A stretch of 63,775 bases of DNA, the filler included, from Neolecta irregularis DAH-3 (Eukaryota), in the NCBI GenBank assembly GCA_001929475.1. It is 5 parts of 5 records of this genome, joined end to end, with 100 filler letters (N's around TTAATTAATTAA, not from the genome) between each part and the next. Parts side by side here need not be neighbours in the genome. Positions count along the whole stretch, not along the records: positions 1 to 30,340 come from LXFE01000141.1; 4 more parts are not named here. The stretch is one strand, 5' to 3'. Under the pieces are notes generated by a model. That model had not been told where the DNA came from. It worked only from the letters and a program-made list of their open reading frames with translations, and made no database searches. Positions 13,778-25,887 of the stretch are shown here, piece by piece. Every line of letters starts with the position of its first letter. Position 1 is the first letter of the stretch. A program made the position numbers and the translations under genes.

Positions 13778-16290
13778 ATGATGTCTGAGTTCTGTATTCA
13801 AACACTGCATATAAATGCTTAGGGAATAGCTAAGAAAGACACTATTCGGATTCTCATTGCATCCGATAATCATGTTGGTTATCTGGAACGAGATTCGGTC
13901 CGTGGAAATGACTCCTTCAGATCATTTGAGGAAATAATGCAATTGGCTAAAGACAAGGACGCATGTAATCCCCATTATATGATGGACTAAGTGCAAAGGT
14001 CGATATGGTGTTACTAGGTGGTGATTTATTTCATGACAACAAACCTTCGAGAAAATCGCTGTTTGAGGCAATGAAAAGTTTGAGATTGAATTGTCTGGGC
14101 CCAAAGCCCTGCGAGTTGCAAATGTTAAGCGATATGTCGAACGATTCCTATGATCCGTATGAAGCTTCGCGCCTTTGAAATAATGTTTTGAGGTCATTTG
14201 CTCATCTTAACTATGAAGATCTTGATATTAATGTAGCTATCCCGGTCTTTTCAATACATGGAAATCACGACGATCCAGCAGGAGTATGTCCAGTCACAAT
14301 GGTGTTATTTCTAATGTTCTAGGAAGGCCGCTTATGTGCTTTGGATATCCTCCAGGCTGCAGGTCTTATCAATTATTTTGGACGTGTTCCAGAGAACGAC
14401 AATATCACAGTACGCCCAGTTCTTCTTCAGAAAGGTCGAACCAAACTCGCATTATATGGACTAGGTAATGTTCGAGACGAAAGGCTATATCGGACTTTTA
14501 GAGAGGGGAATGTGAGATATATGCGGCCTCTAGAAGATCAAGACAACTGGTTCAATATTTGTGTGGTTCATCAAAATCAGTAAGCTCCCCTCATTAATCT
14601 ATATCTTCTGAGTATTCAGTGCAAGCCATACAGATACTGGATACCTTCCGGAAAGCTTTCTACAAGATTTTATGGATATAATACTGTGGGGCCACGAACA
14701 TGAATGTCTTATCGATCCTCGCCAGAATGATCAGAGAGGCTTTTATGTCATTCAACCAGGATCCTCCGTTGCGACTAGTTTGTGCATGGGAGAATCGATT
14801 AAGAAGCACGAATATAATATGCTACTACAGCCAGCTGACTGCAGGCATGTTGGAATTCTTAGTGTGCGCGGCAAAGAAAGAGGATTTGAAAAAATACCGC
14901 TACGGACTGTCCGGCCTTTTGCAATGCGGGAAATTGTTTTGGCTGAATATAATGAAATCCCAGCAACAGGGAAAAATATGAGGCAGGTACGAGAGTTTCT
15001 TGAAAGACAAGTTGGTTCCTTTTCTTTTGGTTTGCTCATAGGAGGTTGAAGGAATGATAAAAGAGGCTATCACTGACTGGAGGAAGATGATTGAGGATTA
15101 CGATGATCCTTCGTCGACTGAAGTCTCAAATCAACCGCCTCTACCTCTCATTCGTCTGCGGGTATAATCGTAGATATTTCATATTGAGGATAGGTTGAAT
15201 ATACCGGAGTCTACGAGGTGGAAAATCCGCAGCGTTTCTCGCATAGATTTATTGGACGAGTGGCAAATAGCAACGATATAATCCAATATCATCGCAAGAA
15301 AGCAACGACACGTCCATATTGTAACTTATATTATTGCTAATCTTGTGCAGGCAAAAGCAAGAATGTCCTCGGTTTCCCAGAATTCGATGAGCTCGTCGAA
15401 CACGTCACGCTATCGAAACTCAGAGTGGAAACCTTGGTTCGAGAATTCTTAGATGCCCAGACATTGGTCGTTTTAGCAGAGAATGGGTTGGGGGACGCAG
15501 TCTCTCAGTTTGTAGAGAAAGATGATAAAAATGCGGTGAACGAGTAACTTTATATGCTTACACGTCTGCTAATTCTTTAGTTTTGTGAAGGATTCTGTGA
15601 AACATCAAATCTCGTCGCTCTTGAAGAGTGGAATAGAAGACGATGATCTTGAAGAAGCTCTCGAGAAGCAGAAGGCAGCCATGAAAGAAAAGATTGAAAA
15701 AAAAGCTGGAAAAGTAGCATCTTCTTTTCAGCATCATTTATAACCATAACCCTCTAGCACACTAACATAGGAAATCGTGATAGCTGGGACGATTTTGAAA
15801 TGGGAGGAATCCATTCCAACCGACTAGATAGTGATGACGATGAACCTGAATTATCACATCCAGCGAAATCAACAAGACGTTCTGCTGCAAAAAAGGGGAG
15901 TGTGCCAAAGAAAGCACCTGCAAAAAGACTGCCGGCTAAGAAGCCTACATCTAGGAGAGGACGTAGGACGGTACGATTCCGCATATTGGCACATATAATT
16001 TGAGACTCCATCACCAGCAGAGAGCAATATTCCTGAGGAAGAGGACGTCGAGATCATAGAAGACACTCCACCACCACCTCGAAGAACAAATCGACCAACA
16101 TCTCCCACTTCTGTTACTAGTAACAAAACTTTTGGGCGGAAAGCTACATTAGACTTTGCGCAGCCACCAAAGGTATGTTCTAATTTAATATTGTCAATGA
16201 ATATAGCAGCCTAGCTTTCTCAATGATTCGGATGAAGATGACTTCGTGGATGTAGAACCTTCAGCGAAAAAGCGGAGTGCAAGATCGTAA
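13778..16290 (+). CDS. MRE11: Double-strand break repair nuclease Mre11/Rad32, about 14 exons
   Basis: Phosphoesterase motifs [96 protein letters not shown]. Confidence 0.96.
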
Positions 16291-16414
16291 ACAGGTACTT
16301 CTGTCGGATGAGCATAATACATCATAGTAATGCATTGCTCCTCTAGTTGAACTTGATGATGATTCTTCCTGGGTTCTTTCTTCTCAGATTTTCATTTTTT
16401 CATCCAATCATACA

Positions 16415-17072
16415 CAGTGTGTCCACCCGCCCGCCGAAGAAATCTGAACCGCCCGCCCGCCGGGGGAGCTCCGGCTGGCGGGTGAGCGGATGGATTTTAT
16501 GCCTTCTGCCTCCACCAAGAGATCCAAATCACCCACCTGGAGTGTGCTCCAATCTCAATGACTTTGGTACCGTTCGAAAGCCCCCGTTGAGGTGCATCCG
16601 CCCGTGGTAATTACGTTTTCCTGTGATGTGTTTTGAATACCGCGCTTCCATGTGATGCTTCCTCAAAGGTCCACATTTAACTTTCTTGTACTGAATTTGT
16701 TGGCAGACCATTGGTTTTGCCTTTAAATTCCGATTCCGATAGTGCTTGTTTCGTTTGAATCCGTTGGTTGGTTGTTCAACTGTGAATTGATTGCCAGGGA
16801 ACCCGAACTTCTGCTCGCAAGATTTGTCACGGATCACGTGACACATATCAGGATAATTCGACGTGAACTTTGAGAGTATGTGCAGCATACTTCAAGAAAT
16901 GGCCAGATAGAAATCATTTTATATTAGCCATTTTGGTTATTTAGTGAATTTGGTATTGCACCTATATAAATTGGCCAAAAAAACGACCCACCCGTCCGCC
17001 CGCCGGAAAAGTTTTGACCCGCCCGCCCGCCGGAGGGTCTCCAGCACAAGGCGGGCGGGCGGGTGGAGACTG
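16415..17072 (+). mobile_element. Non-autonomous hAT element, CCCGC-repeat family
   Basis: Termini CAGTGTGTCCACCCGCCCGCC and GGCGGGCGGGTGGAGACTG; clustered CCCGC subterminal repeats; flanks ATCATACA/TTTATACA (6/8); internal similarity to 46513-46983. Confidence 0.85.
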
Positions 17073-17216
17073 TTTATACAGCACACCAGAGATATACATA
17101 TCGCCCGATTTGTGCCAGGAGGCATAGATGGAGCAGAAGCACAGAATGACAACAGCTGGAATGAGTTCAAATAAATGCCTTTGCTAACCATTTAATTATA
17201 TTTTCTTTTCGATTGA

Positions 17217-17294
17217 TGCCGCGTTTGGCGCGTCGAATTCAAATTTGACGAATTTGGCTAATTTCTTGAAATTTGGTGCGCGCCAAACACGGCC
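17217..17294. mobile_element. 78 bp PIF/Harbinger (Tourist-like) MITE
   Basis: Termini TGCCGCGTTTGGCGCG and CGCGCCAAACACGGCC, flanked on both sides by TGA (3 bp TSD). Confidence 0.75.
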
Positions 17295-18473
17295 TGAATA
17301 TATTGCAGTGAAATTGCAGGAAAAATAAATATGATTGATTATATAAATCAAAGTCACCGCCTAGGTTTTCTCTTTGTGCGGCACACCCCTTTACCGTGTT
17401 GCTCACGGTTGTTACTACTTCCATACGATTCGCGAGCGTCATAAGGTGGTGCAGAACATTTTGGATATCTAAGTACCCTTTTTATTGTTCATTGAATCAT
17501 TCCGTTTTCATTGGATGGGGTCGGTGGTTCGGACATTCATTCATATACGCTTGTCGCGCAGATACTGGTTGTAGAGTTTTTCAGGGGGATTCTGATATAT
17601 ATCAGAATCGATTCTTGGGGGAGATGAAGCGAAAACGTTTCATCGATTCTTCGCGTGGATGGATAGAGCATTATCCAACCCTGTACAAAAAGGTAGCTAC
17701 ATGACTACTTATAGTTTTATAAGTATGAGCCACGTCATAGTAGCAAACTGAGGAAGTGCATAATAATAGAAAAACCCATCCGAGCCAGAAAATACTATGT
17801 GTACCATTTTTCTGCGACCCAATTTCTATGATTTTGCTAGCTTCAATATCTTTTCTTAGTGATGACCCAATTCTTGCCTTCATTCTTCAGACTCTTAAAA
17901 CATCCATCTAGCGTGGAGTGTATCGTATCATTCACTCTCTTTCAGCCGCGTTTAGTATTCATAAACGGGGTTTCTGGTGTCTTGGGCGTGTTCGCTGACA
18001 TATCCTGGGCATAGCCGGTACAGATTCTCATATTTGATCCTGTTCAAACGCGAATGCATCTTCAAGTTTGGCAAGTAACTAATTTTGTTAACTTTTGTTA
18101 ACTTTTGTTGGCTTGTGTCATTTTGAAGTCCATTGATTTCTACTAACAAATTTAAACAATTTGCGCTGAAGAGTATCCAGCGAGTCTATTTCCCTGGAAA
18201 TTTGCTCACTGTGACAGGTTAGCATATAATTGTGAGGGCGAGCGATGCTGGTCTCTCATGCAGAGTCTATTTTCTCTACCCAGAGCCATCGTTATCCGAA
18301 CATGTAGAATAGAAGGGCAGAGGGACATAAAGTAGAGTCTAATTCTGGTTTTTGAAATTCTGATTCAAACACAGTGGGATAACATTCCGCAAAGAAATAG
18401 GGTAAAACAATCAATCGCCATGTAATCTAATCCCAGTATTAAATAAGAGAAGCCAAATATTAAAGCTACCATA

Positions 18474-19388
18474 TCAACCCTTTAGAGCCTCCAGGCGTCT
18501 TTTCATCGCCTCGATGTCAATTTCCTCATCGCTCTCTTCCTCCTGCTGTGCCACAGGCTGTTGTGCTTGAAACTCCTCGCTAGGGACTTCTGGCATTTGA
18601 TCGACCTTCTCTTTCCCTCCAAGAATATCGTCAAGTACTTTATCGATCTCGGAATCTTCTTCGATGTCATCGCTCTCCACAATATCAAAGGTATCATTAA
18701 CCATTTCCTCCATGACACCGGCCTACGTATCAGATTTGCAAATGTATAAATATGTGTACTTTCATGAATTCCATTGAGAGATCGCGCATGGTCCTTGTAA
18801 GCTCAGGGAGTTTGATTGCTGAATTAACATTCCGTAAAATTGACGTCGACTTCCGCAGATTTCCAGTGATTTTATATTGCGCTAAAGCTATTAGGATATA
18901 TTCTCAGATAATTGAGTGAGATAGAGGTAGAGAATATTAGATGTTCTTGGGGTTATGATTAGGTTAAGATCTACTATCCATGCAATATGCGAAGAGCGGT
19001 AGAATGCAATCTTATCCTCCCTCCAAATTCCCCAAAGACCGAAGGAAAATGAGAGAAAACATACCATACTGTTCATTTAACTTCATTCCTATGCTCTCAA
19101 CCATCGCTTTACTTTTCCAAAGCCGCTCCTTCTGTTTGCCGCTGCGCACAAGTTCTTTCGCGAGGAGCCGTGCATTTTGTTCGTCATTACGTTTACTTAA
19201 TTGTTGTATCGTCTTCTTCAGTTTATTCTCAGCAATCGTTAAAGAGGAAAGTTGGCGATCTAATGCCCTACTCTCGGAGCGTAGTTGGGATGTCCATTTG
19301 CGGACCTATTGTTAGAATGTGAAGAGCAGCGGTCGACTACTTGCTCTTGTGGTGTTGGACGGTGGAAAATGGAAATTAGGGTATTCAT
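18474..19388 (-). CDS. VPS24: ESCRT-III subunit Vps24 (4 exons)
   Basis: MNTLISIFHRPTPQEQVRKWTSQLRSESRALDRQ, NARLLAKELVRSGKQKERL, IKLPELTRTMRDLSMEFMKAGVMEEMVND; C-terminal MIM MKRRLEALKG. Confidence 0.93.
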
Positions 19389-19816
19389 TGGCTTCTATGG
19401 GCTAAGGTTGAAGTTGGGCATAGGATCATCCTCACCAACGTTTTCGGAAACCGGAATCCGTTCAGCTCCACTCAGATCCACATTTCAATCGAGCCAACTT
19501 TAGGTTACGCAACGCTCTACGAATTCTCCAATCCTACTTTTGCGCAATAGCTGTATAATCTCGTTTCAGCAGGGCGACATCCATCTATATCCTACATCCC
19601 AAAGTTTCTGTCTTCAGACCTTTAATCCGATCACAATGCAGCCCCCTTCCTGGTTGATCTCTATGAAGCAGAAAACAGGAATGTTCGTTATTGAATATTA
19701 GCTAACTGTAGACCTCAGGTTCACCTTACAGCAAGCTCGGTAACCAGCAAATGTACAAATGTCTTATTAAAGATGCTTGATAGATGAATAGAGATGGCAT
19801 TTCTGCCATACAATTG

Positions 19817-20849
19817 CTACCATTCCCAAATGCGTATCGTCTCGTCCCAGCTGGCACTACCGACAAAGCCTTGCTTCCACAAACTCCAATCACATCCCAT
19901 CACAAACTCGCGATGCTCATCCATTTGACTAACTTGTTTTCCATCCTGCCATAGCCGCACGCACATATCATACCCAGAAGACATGACTTCTCCTTGTCTC
20001 CAAGGACTGCAACTGACCTTTCGAATAGCATACCCACCTATGGCAGTCTCTATCCTTGGTTTGGATAGATTTCGAGGATCAAAATATCGCAGAGTTTTGT
20101 CTGTTGAGCCGGTTATGATTTCTCCTGAATACCGATCATAATCTATACTGAGGATTTCCGAAGGAGTGACCTGAAATGAATGACTTGGATGAGGGATCCT
20201 GACGTCCCAGATTTTGACTGTTCCATCACTTGAACAAGACGAAAATTCGGTGTCAGTCCGTGGCGAGAATTTTGCTTCATAAACGCAACCTTGATGTCCT
20301 AAATAAGTCTGCATAGCATTTTGATGAATTGGGTCCCACTACGGTTCAGAGTCTTCCACAGGGATACCATACCAGCTTGATTGTAGTATCCCAGCTTGAA
20401 CTTATGAAAGTCTGTTTCGATATCAAATTCCAATTAACGGAAAAGACTTCACGGTTGTGGGCCTTGAAAATATTCACTGGATGGTCCTTGCTATTAGATT
20501 TTATTCATGTGAAACGATCACCTTTAGTGATATGTCCCACAGCCTTATTGACCCATCTCCGCCGCCAGTAACGAGGTGATTTTCATGGCATTCCGAAAAT
20601 GCGAGGGTAAACAGGGTATCTTGTGTATCAAACCTTTTTTGTCAATCTTTTTGTCAAGAAGAAAGCCTACACGGTCACAATTTGTAATTGTCGTTGAGTA
20701 CCAATTCTCAAGATATGTAATCTGCCATTGCCGATGAGATTAAAATTAGTACCACTTGAAAGGCCGATTATATCTGGAAGAAAGGGCGAGAACTGTATGG
20801 CAGAGTGGTTGAATTGGGGTATTTGGAATAAAGTGGATTTTTGGAGCAT
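19817..20849 (-). CDS. PEX7: Peroxisomal PTS2 receptor Pex7, WD40 (4 exons)
   Basis: AIQFSPF...SGTNFNLIGNGRLHIL, FDTQDTLFTLAFSECHENHLVTGGGDGSIRLWD, HNREVFSVNWN, HREFVMGCDWSLW...SASWDE. Confidence 0.93.
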
Positions 20850-21559
20850 AAGGAAGGTAGCGTTCGCCTCCACAAAAAAACCAAGGAGCGCTACCCCGCG
20901 TCCTCCACTCGCCTGCTGCGATGCCCTCATCATCCCCGGCAGCGTTCGCACTTCCATCGCCCTCCTCGCCTGCCACACCCGTCTTCTCCAGCCTCTGCGC
21001 CAGATGTTGCCATGCCTGTAGAACCGCTGCCCCATCGAGAATCCCGCTCCAGCTCCGCCTGCCTCATCCACTTGCACCAGTTCAGTACTGCTGTCACTGC
21101 TAATAGAACCTTCCAACCAGTCAGTTGAAGAACAGGCGGCATGGGTCAAAGCAGAAGCTTAGGGTTAGGGTTGCGTTAGATCCGTTCCAGAGAAGAAGCT
21201 TGCGCCGCAGCCAGCGAGAAAGACTTTGGCCCCAACCTCGTCTAAGAAAACTGTCAGTCGAGGTTTTGAACGAGAAGGTCATGAAGAGGAACGTTTTGAG
21301 TTGGAAGAGCAAATCCGTCGTGAAGAGGAGGATTTGTTAGCTCAGAAGACTGCTCAGGAAGAGCGTCTGCCACAGTTGGAAGCACAGGTCCGGCAAGGGA
21401 AATCGAGGAAACCTGATGAGGCAAGACAGCGGGAAGAGAATCTTTGTATCATGAGAGCTGAAATTGAAGTGAGGAATCCACATCGGCTGCTACTACAAAA
21501 TCTAGATAGTATCTCAATGCGCAACACTTTGGCATTAGGGCTATGAATAGCCCCACCTC

Positions 21560-21644
21560 ACCTCAGCCCGGCCTACCGGCTAAGTCCACGGACCGGGCCG
21601 GACCCTCAGAAAAGCCCATGGGTTTTGGCCTATCCCCAACACTG
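21560..21644 (-). mobile_element. Terminal fragment of the CCCATGGG-family hAT MITE
   Basis: GACCCTCAGAAAAGCCCATGGG...GGCCTATCCCCAACACTG is the reverse complement of the left end of 27472-27882; the other end was not located. Confidence 0.75.
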
Positions 21645-21856
21645 CCTCCTTTTTTTTCTGATTTCAGAGCTACAGACAAACTGCTTGCATGGGTCAGGTC
21701 CATTAGGGTTACAGCCATCAATATTTAGTGGGAACCTTATACACCTTTGGTTTAGCACGACTATGGTAAGTCCGATTCTTGGAGAAGCAAAGTGTATAAG
21801 TTCACCCTTTTCCCCAGTGTATACAAGTAACTAGGCTTCGCTCTCTCCCTAGGTCC

Positions 21857-23586
21857 ATGGATCTTCTCGTGTTATTCTTGTTGGTATCAGGTGTTTTCAG
21901 TCAATTTGAAAAACAGCCTGAATTCACTGAAACTTTTGAGGTCAAGAGGCCATTTCAACCACCTGCTCATGCTATACCATGTACAATGCCCATGGCCCAG
22001 GTGTCGATTCCAACGGGTGATAGTAGATGGGCTGCGTGTACCTTTCTCAATGAACATAAGTTAATCCTACAGTTTCATATTCTCCAACTTGTGGAACTGG
22101 CTTTGACTCCGTATATTTAAATCTTACAATGGTTGCAAAAGGGAGGCAATACGATCGACTCGGATGGATCACAGTGAACGGTATCGAAATATGGAGAACT
22201 AGCACTGCAGAACCTTCTAAGACTGGTATCTATACCAATTTCATCAAAGATGTCTCCTACTATCGCGAACTTTTCCGATCAGATGCTGCCATTAATTTCA
22301 CAGTAGACAACTACATTAGCAGTGTCAATCCCGCCATTCTCAACTGTACTTACTGCATATGCTCGAAGTTGACATTCAGTTACGTTGACCGCCATGTTCT
22401 TTACTTCTCAAGATGTCCAACCTGCTGAATCCAAGCCTTCTTTCGTTCCACTTTTTGATGTTTTTACCTCAAACAACCGATCGGTTAGTGTCTCATTTCC
22501 TCGCAACCTGATTTCCGCCGAGCTTTCTATCCTTGCAAGCGGAAACGGCGATGATGAGTTCTGGTATACGAACGCTCCGGATAATTACACCGACACGTTT
22601 GGCACCGGTTCACTGCAAGGTGGCGGATCCTTACGCGAAGTGAGATGTTACATTGACAATAAACTTGTTGGATCATACATTCCAGACGTAGTAATATTCA
22701 CGGGTGGAGTGAATCCATATATGTGGAAACCAATTATGGGAATAGAGTCATCAGATTTATACTCACATCGGATTTCTCTTGATGCATGGATTCCGCTCTT
22801 GGTTGATTCAAGACGGCATGTAGTCCGCCTGGAGATTATTGCCCTGCCTGAAATTCTTGAAGATTGGTAGGTCTCTTGCTGGATCGGCTGACAAAAAGGT
22901 ATAATTCTGCACACATCAAACTCTGGCAGTCTTCCAATCCGTCAGATATTACAAGAGGCAGCATATCGACAATTACAAATACGGATCTTGATGTAAAACA
23001 GGAAGTGGTACTAGGGCTCAAGAACACTAGCCTTGCAGTCCACACAAGTGCGTCTAGAATGTACAGCATCTCGTCCACCCTCATTATCGCCGGCAATTCG
23101 AGACAGGTTGGCTACACCCAGACCATGTATTACGACAGCAAAATAAAATGGACAGATAGCGGCCTAACGCAATCAATCAATCAGGAAGTCAGTTCGTCAA
23201 CAGTATTTTTGAACGGCTCATCAAGCTCGACTTATCAACCCTTGGAGATTTACTCAGCAATAAGCACGTCAAAAAATGGCACTATGCGCTTGGAATTCGA
23301 TATAAACCGTTCTCTTACATTTTCTAACCCTTCCGAGTACAATCATCAATGGGGTAGTGCAGTATCAACATTTTCATCTAACGGCAGCCTCATAAGAGGA
23401 TCTGAAACTATGAACCAGCATCTCAAACTCGATGATTATGATGCCTACTTTAAAGCCGAACACGGAAAGCTGGTATTGGGAAAGCCGCCTGATGAATCAG
23501 TTGCTATGGTAGACCCTGCGCAAGTCTGGGCAAGTTTGCCAAGACATCTTCCCCGTCGCTTGCACAAGCATCCACCAATTTCCTAG
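21857..23586 (+). CDS. Secreted peptide-N4-(N-acetyl-beta-glucosaminyl)asparagine amidase A (PNGase A/At type), 4 exons
   Basis: Signal peptide MDLLVLFLLVSGVFS; motifs GRQYDRLG...EIWRTSTAEP, ASGNGDDEFWYTN, VIFTGGVNPYMWKPIMGI. Confidence 0.92.
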
Positions 23587-23832
23587 AGGTTTTTGTTCGC
23601 TTACCACAACTGAACATGCCGGTTAATGATTCAGCTTGTGAACTTTCCAGTTAATATCATGTTGATACTTCTTTTTAATAGTATCAAGTATTCAATACTA
23701 CTCATCCATTTCTTACATTTGAATCTCAAATTACCACCTTGATTGTCAAGAAAAATCGCAAATGGATCATAAATCTGGGGATCATGCGACCAACACATGA
23801 TATATTTTTGTGAAAACAACCCGTTAATCCTA

Positions 23833-23960
23833 GGCTGCGTTTTTTAAGGCTACGTTTTGGGGTCACCATAAAAAGACGATCGTGATATTCTAAAACAGGA
23901 AATATTATATGTTTTGATGGAAATTGAAATTATGGAATATTTTTCACGTGATATTCCTTC
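23833..23960 (+). mobile_element. Partial Harbinger-like MITE
   Basis: Begins TA|GGCTGCGTTTT with AT-rich GAAATT repeats resembling 55266-55462; no second TIR seen. Confidence 0.35.
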
Positions 23961-24410
23961 CAGCTTGCCACTGTCACACCCAAGTTCGTAGGGGTTTTGT
24001 AGTTGTAGTTGTGTTGTAATAGATTGGATGTTTCTTGGTGAGCACAGTAGTATTTGACTTCCAGATCTTTGGGATCAAAAAACATTGGTCCTGCGTTGTA
24101 GTCGACTATCTTTCGTATAGTCGATTAACCGCGGTTCAGGGAGCATACGTCGCTCCTGCTGCACGAGGCGTTGGGAGCAGCAGCGGAGCCGGGCGTGCTG
24201 TCGCCGTGGACGCTGGCTGCTCACCGCCCCCGAACCCGTGGCCGTACTCTTCGGTGGCCGCCTGGAGTGGCATTGCTTTTGCGGTTGCCGAAGCGCTACT
24301 CGCCTTGGCAGCGCACCGCTGGTCGAAACGGGCGGCGAGGGTAAAACGGGACGCGGCGTAGGGGTTTTTATACCACAGCGTCACATAGACGTGAAGTCTA
24401 TAATTTCGTA

Positions 24411-25541
24411 TTAATTCGAATTTCTTCCAAAATCTACTTGCTCTCTCCTGAATCCACTCAAATCTACATCTTCTTCTCCTTCGCTCTCATTCTCTACCAT
24501 TTCTGGATTAAACTCAAATAGTTCACGACCACTGAATCCTGCTTTCCCAGCAGCCACAGCGACTTCCATCTTCCTTAACTCTGCTTCTTCTTCAGCCAGC
24601 TTTTTGTCTTTACGTTCGGATTTCCATTTGGTGAAGGATTCCAGGGTTACTGGGGTGAGATCTTTGCCAAGTTTATGCCTTTCCGTTTCAAGGAACTCCT
24701 CCAATGTAATAATATCTTCTTCCTGTACTTTCTCCTTCTCTTTCGATTTGAGCTTAAAGCCAGGGGGTAGAGCGTGTTTGTACTTGCAAGCATCACCTAT
24801 AGCCGTCAACCCCGTCTTCCAAAGATGAAACTGATCACCATTCGGACATTCCCAGAACCAACCGTATTTTCCGATTTCGATAGCTTCGAGGAAATATTTG
24901 CAGACAATATCCGTCGTAGTTTGGGGATTTTTATGCTTTGATAGAACTACGTCTGCGAGTTTTTCCTGGTCCCAATTTTCAAAGAGATCGTTCACACGAT
25001 CATCTTGGTACATATTTTTCTTTTCAGATTTTCTATCAACTGCAGAGTCGTGTGAGAATTTGCATTTGGCACCCCGTAGACAATTCCCATTCTTAAAATT
25101 TACACACAGCACCTATTCATCAATCGTCATTCGCAAGAGGAGAAATGCTGTCTTTGGATCCGTTCCAAATGGAACTTTTTGAGATATCTGAACAGGTTTA
25201 AAGAGTTCATAGAGTTCAGCTTTCTTTGCTTCCTCTGCCTTTTTTCTATTGGCGATAACGGCTATGGCGTCTTCTTGAGATTTCTACCATCATCTTATCA
25301 ATCGGTGCTACGAACATGGATAAATACTCGATCTTTGGGGTTTCCTGCCTTGGAGGCTTGTTGCTGTATTTGTTCGATCTGTTTTTGAACTTTGGAAGAT
25401 TTATTCTTGTTCTTTAAGCCAAATGTCTGACATTCAATATGGTTTAAAAATATATAGAGAAATTACCTTATCTGCAGCAGATTGAGATGCCTTTTTGATA
25501 TCCTTTTTTACTTGGTTTCCTTGCTTTTGTTTCGGCGGCAT
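24411..25541 (-). CDS. TMA46: Translation machinery-associated CCCH zinc-finger protein Tma46 (5 exons)
   Basis: [99 protein letters not shown]. Confidence 0.95.
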
Positions 25542-25623
25542 TATCCGGCGACGGTGAGTGAACGACGTCCGCGGTGGCGGTGGTCGGGAAGAATGGGAGA
25601 AATTGGAGTTTAACCTTGCCTCA

Positions 25624-25887
25624 ATGCAGATATTCGATACTCTCTCGGCAACAGACTGGATACGATTGATCACTGTCGTCGGATCTTATCTTCTTGTGCG
25701 TCCGTATATCGTGAAATTGGGCTCTCGAATTCAGCAGAAAGAGTTTAAAAAGGCAGAAGCGAATGATGATATAGATGTGGTGGAGGACAGTTGGGGTGCA
25801 AAGGCAAGACTCAGACAACTAAAATGTGCGATGGGTGGAGATGAAAAAGACGATGATAGCGATATCGAAGGTTTATTGGAGCACTAG
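25624..25887 (+). CDS. PGA2: Pga2-like ER membrane trafficking protein
   Basis: DWIRLITVVGSYLLVRPY transmembrane motif, SWGAKARLRQ and acidic tail DDDSDIEGLLE typical of Pga2/DUF1531. Confidence 0.82.
   Translation: MQIFDTLSATDWIRLITVVGSYLLVRPYIVKLGSRIQQKEFKKAEANDDIDVVEDSWGAKARLRQLKCAMGGDEKDDDSDIEGLLEH

Noticed and set aside
13787-13822. Possible GA-AG first intron in MRE11
   Set aside because: A canonical GTATTC...GAATAG intron restores the frame, so no non-canonical site is needed.
21158-21180. TTAGGGTTAGGGTT telomere-like repeat
   Set aside because: Only about two units, internal, with no associated retroelement ORF; compatible with chance.
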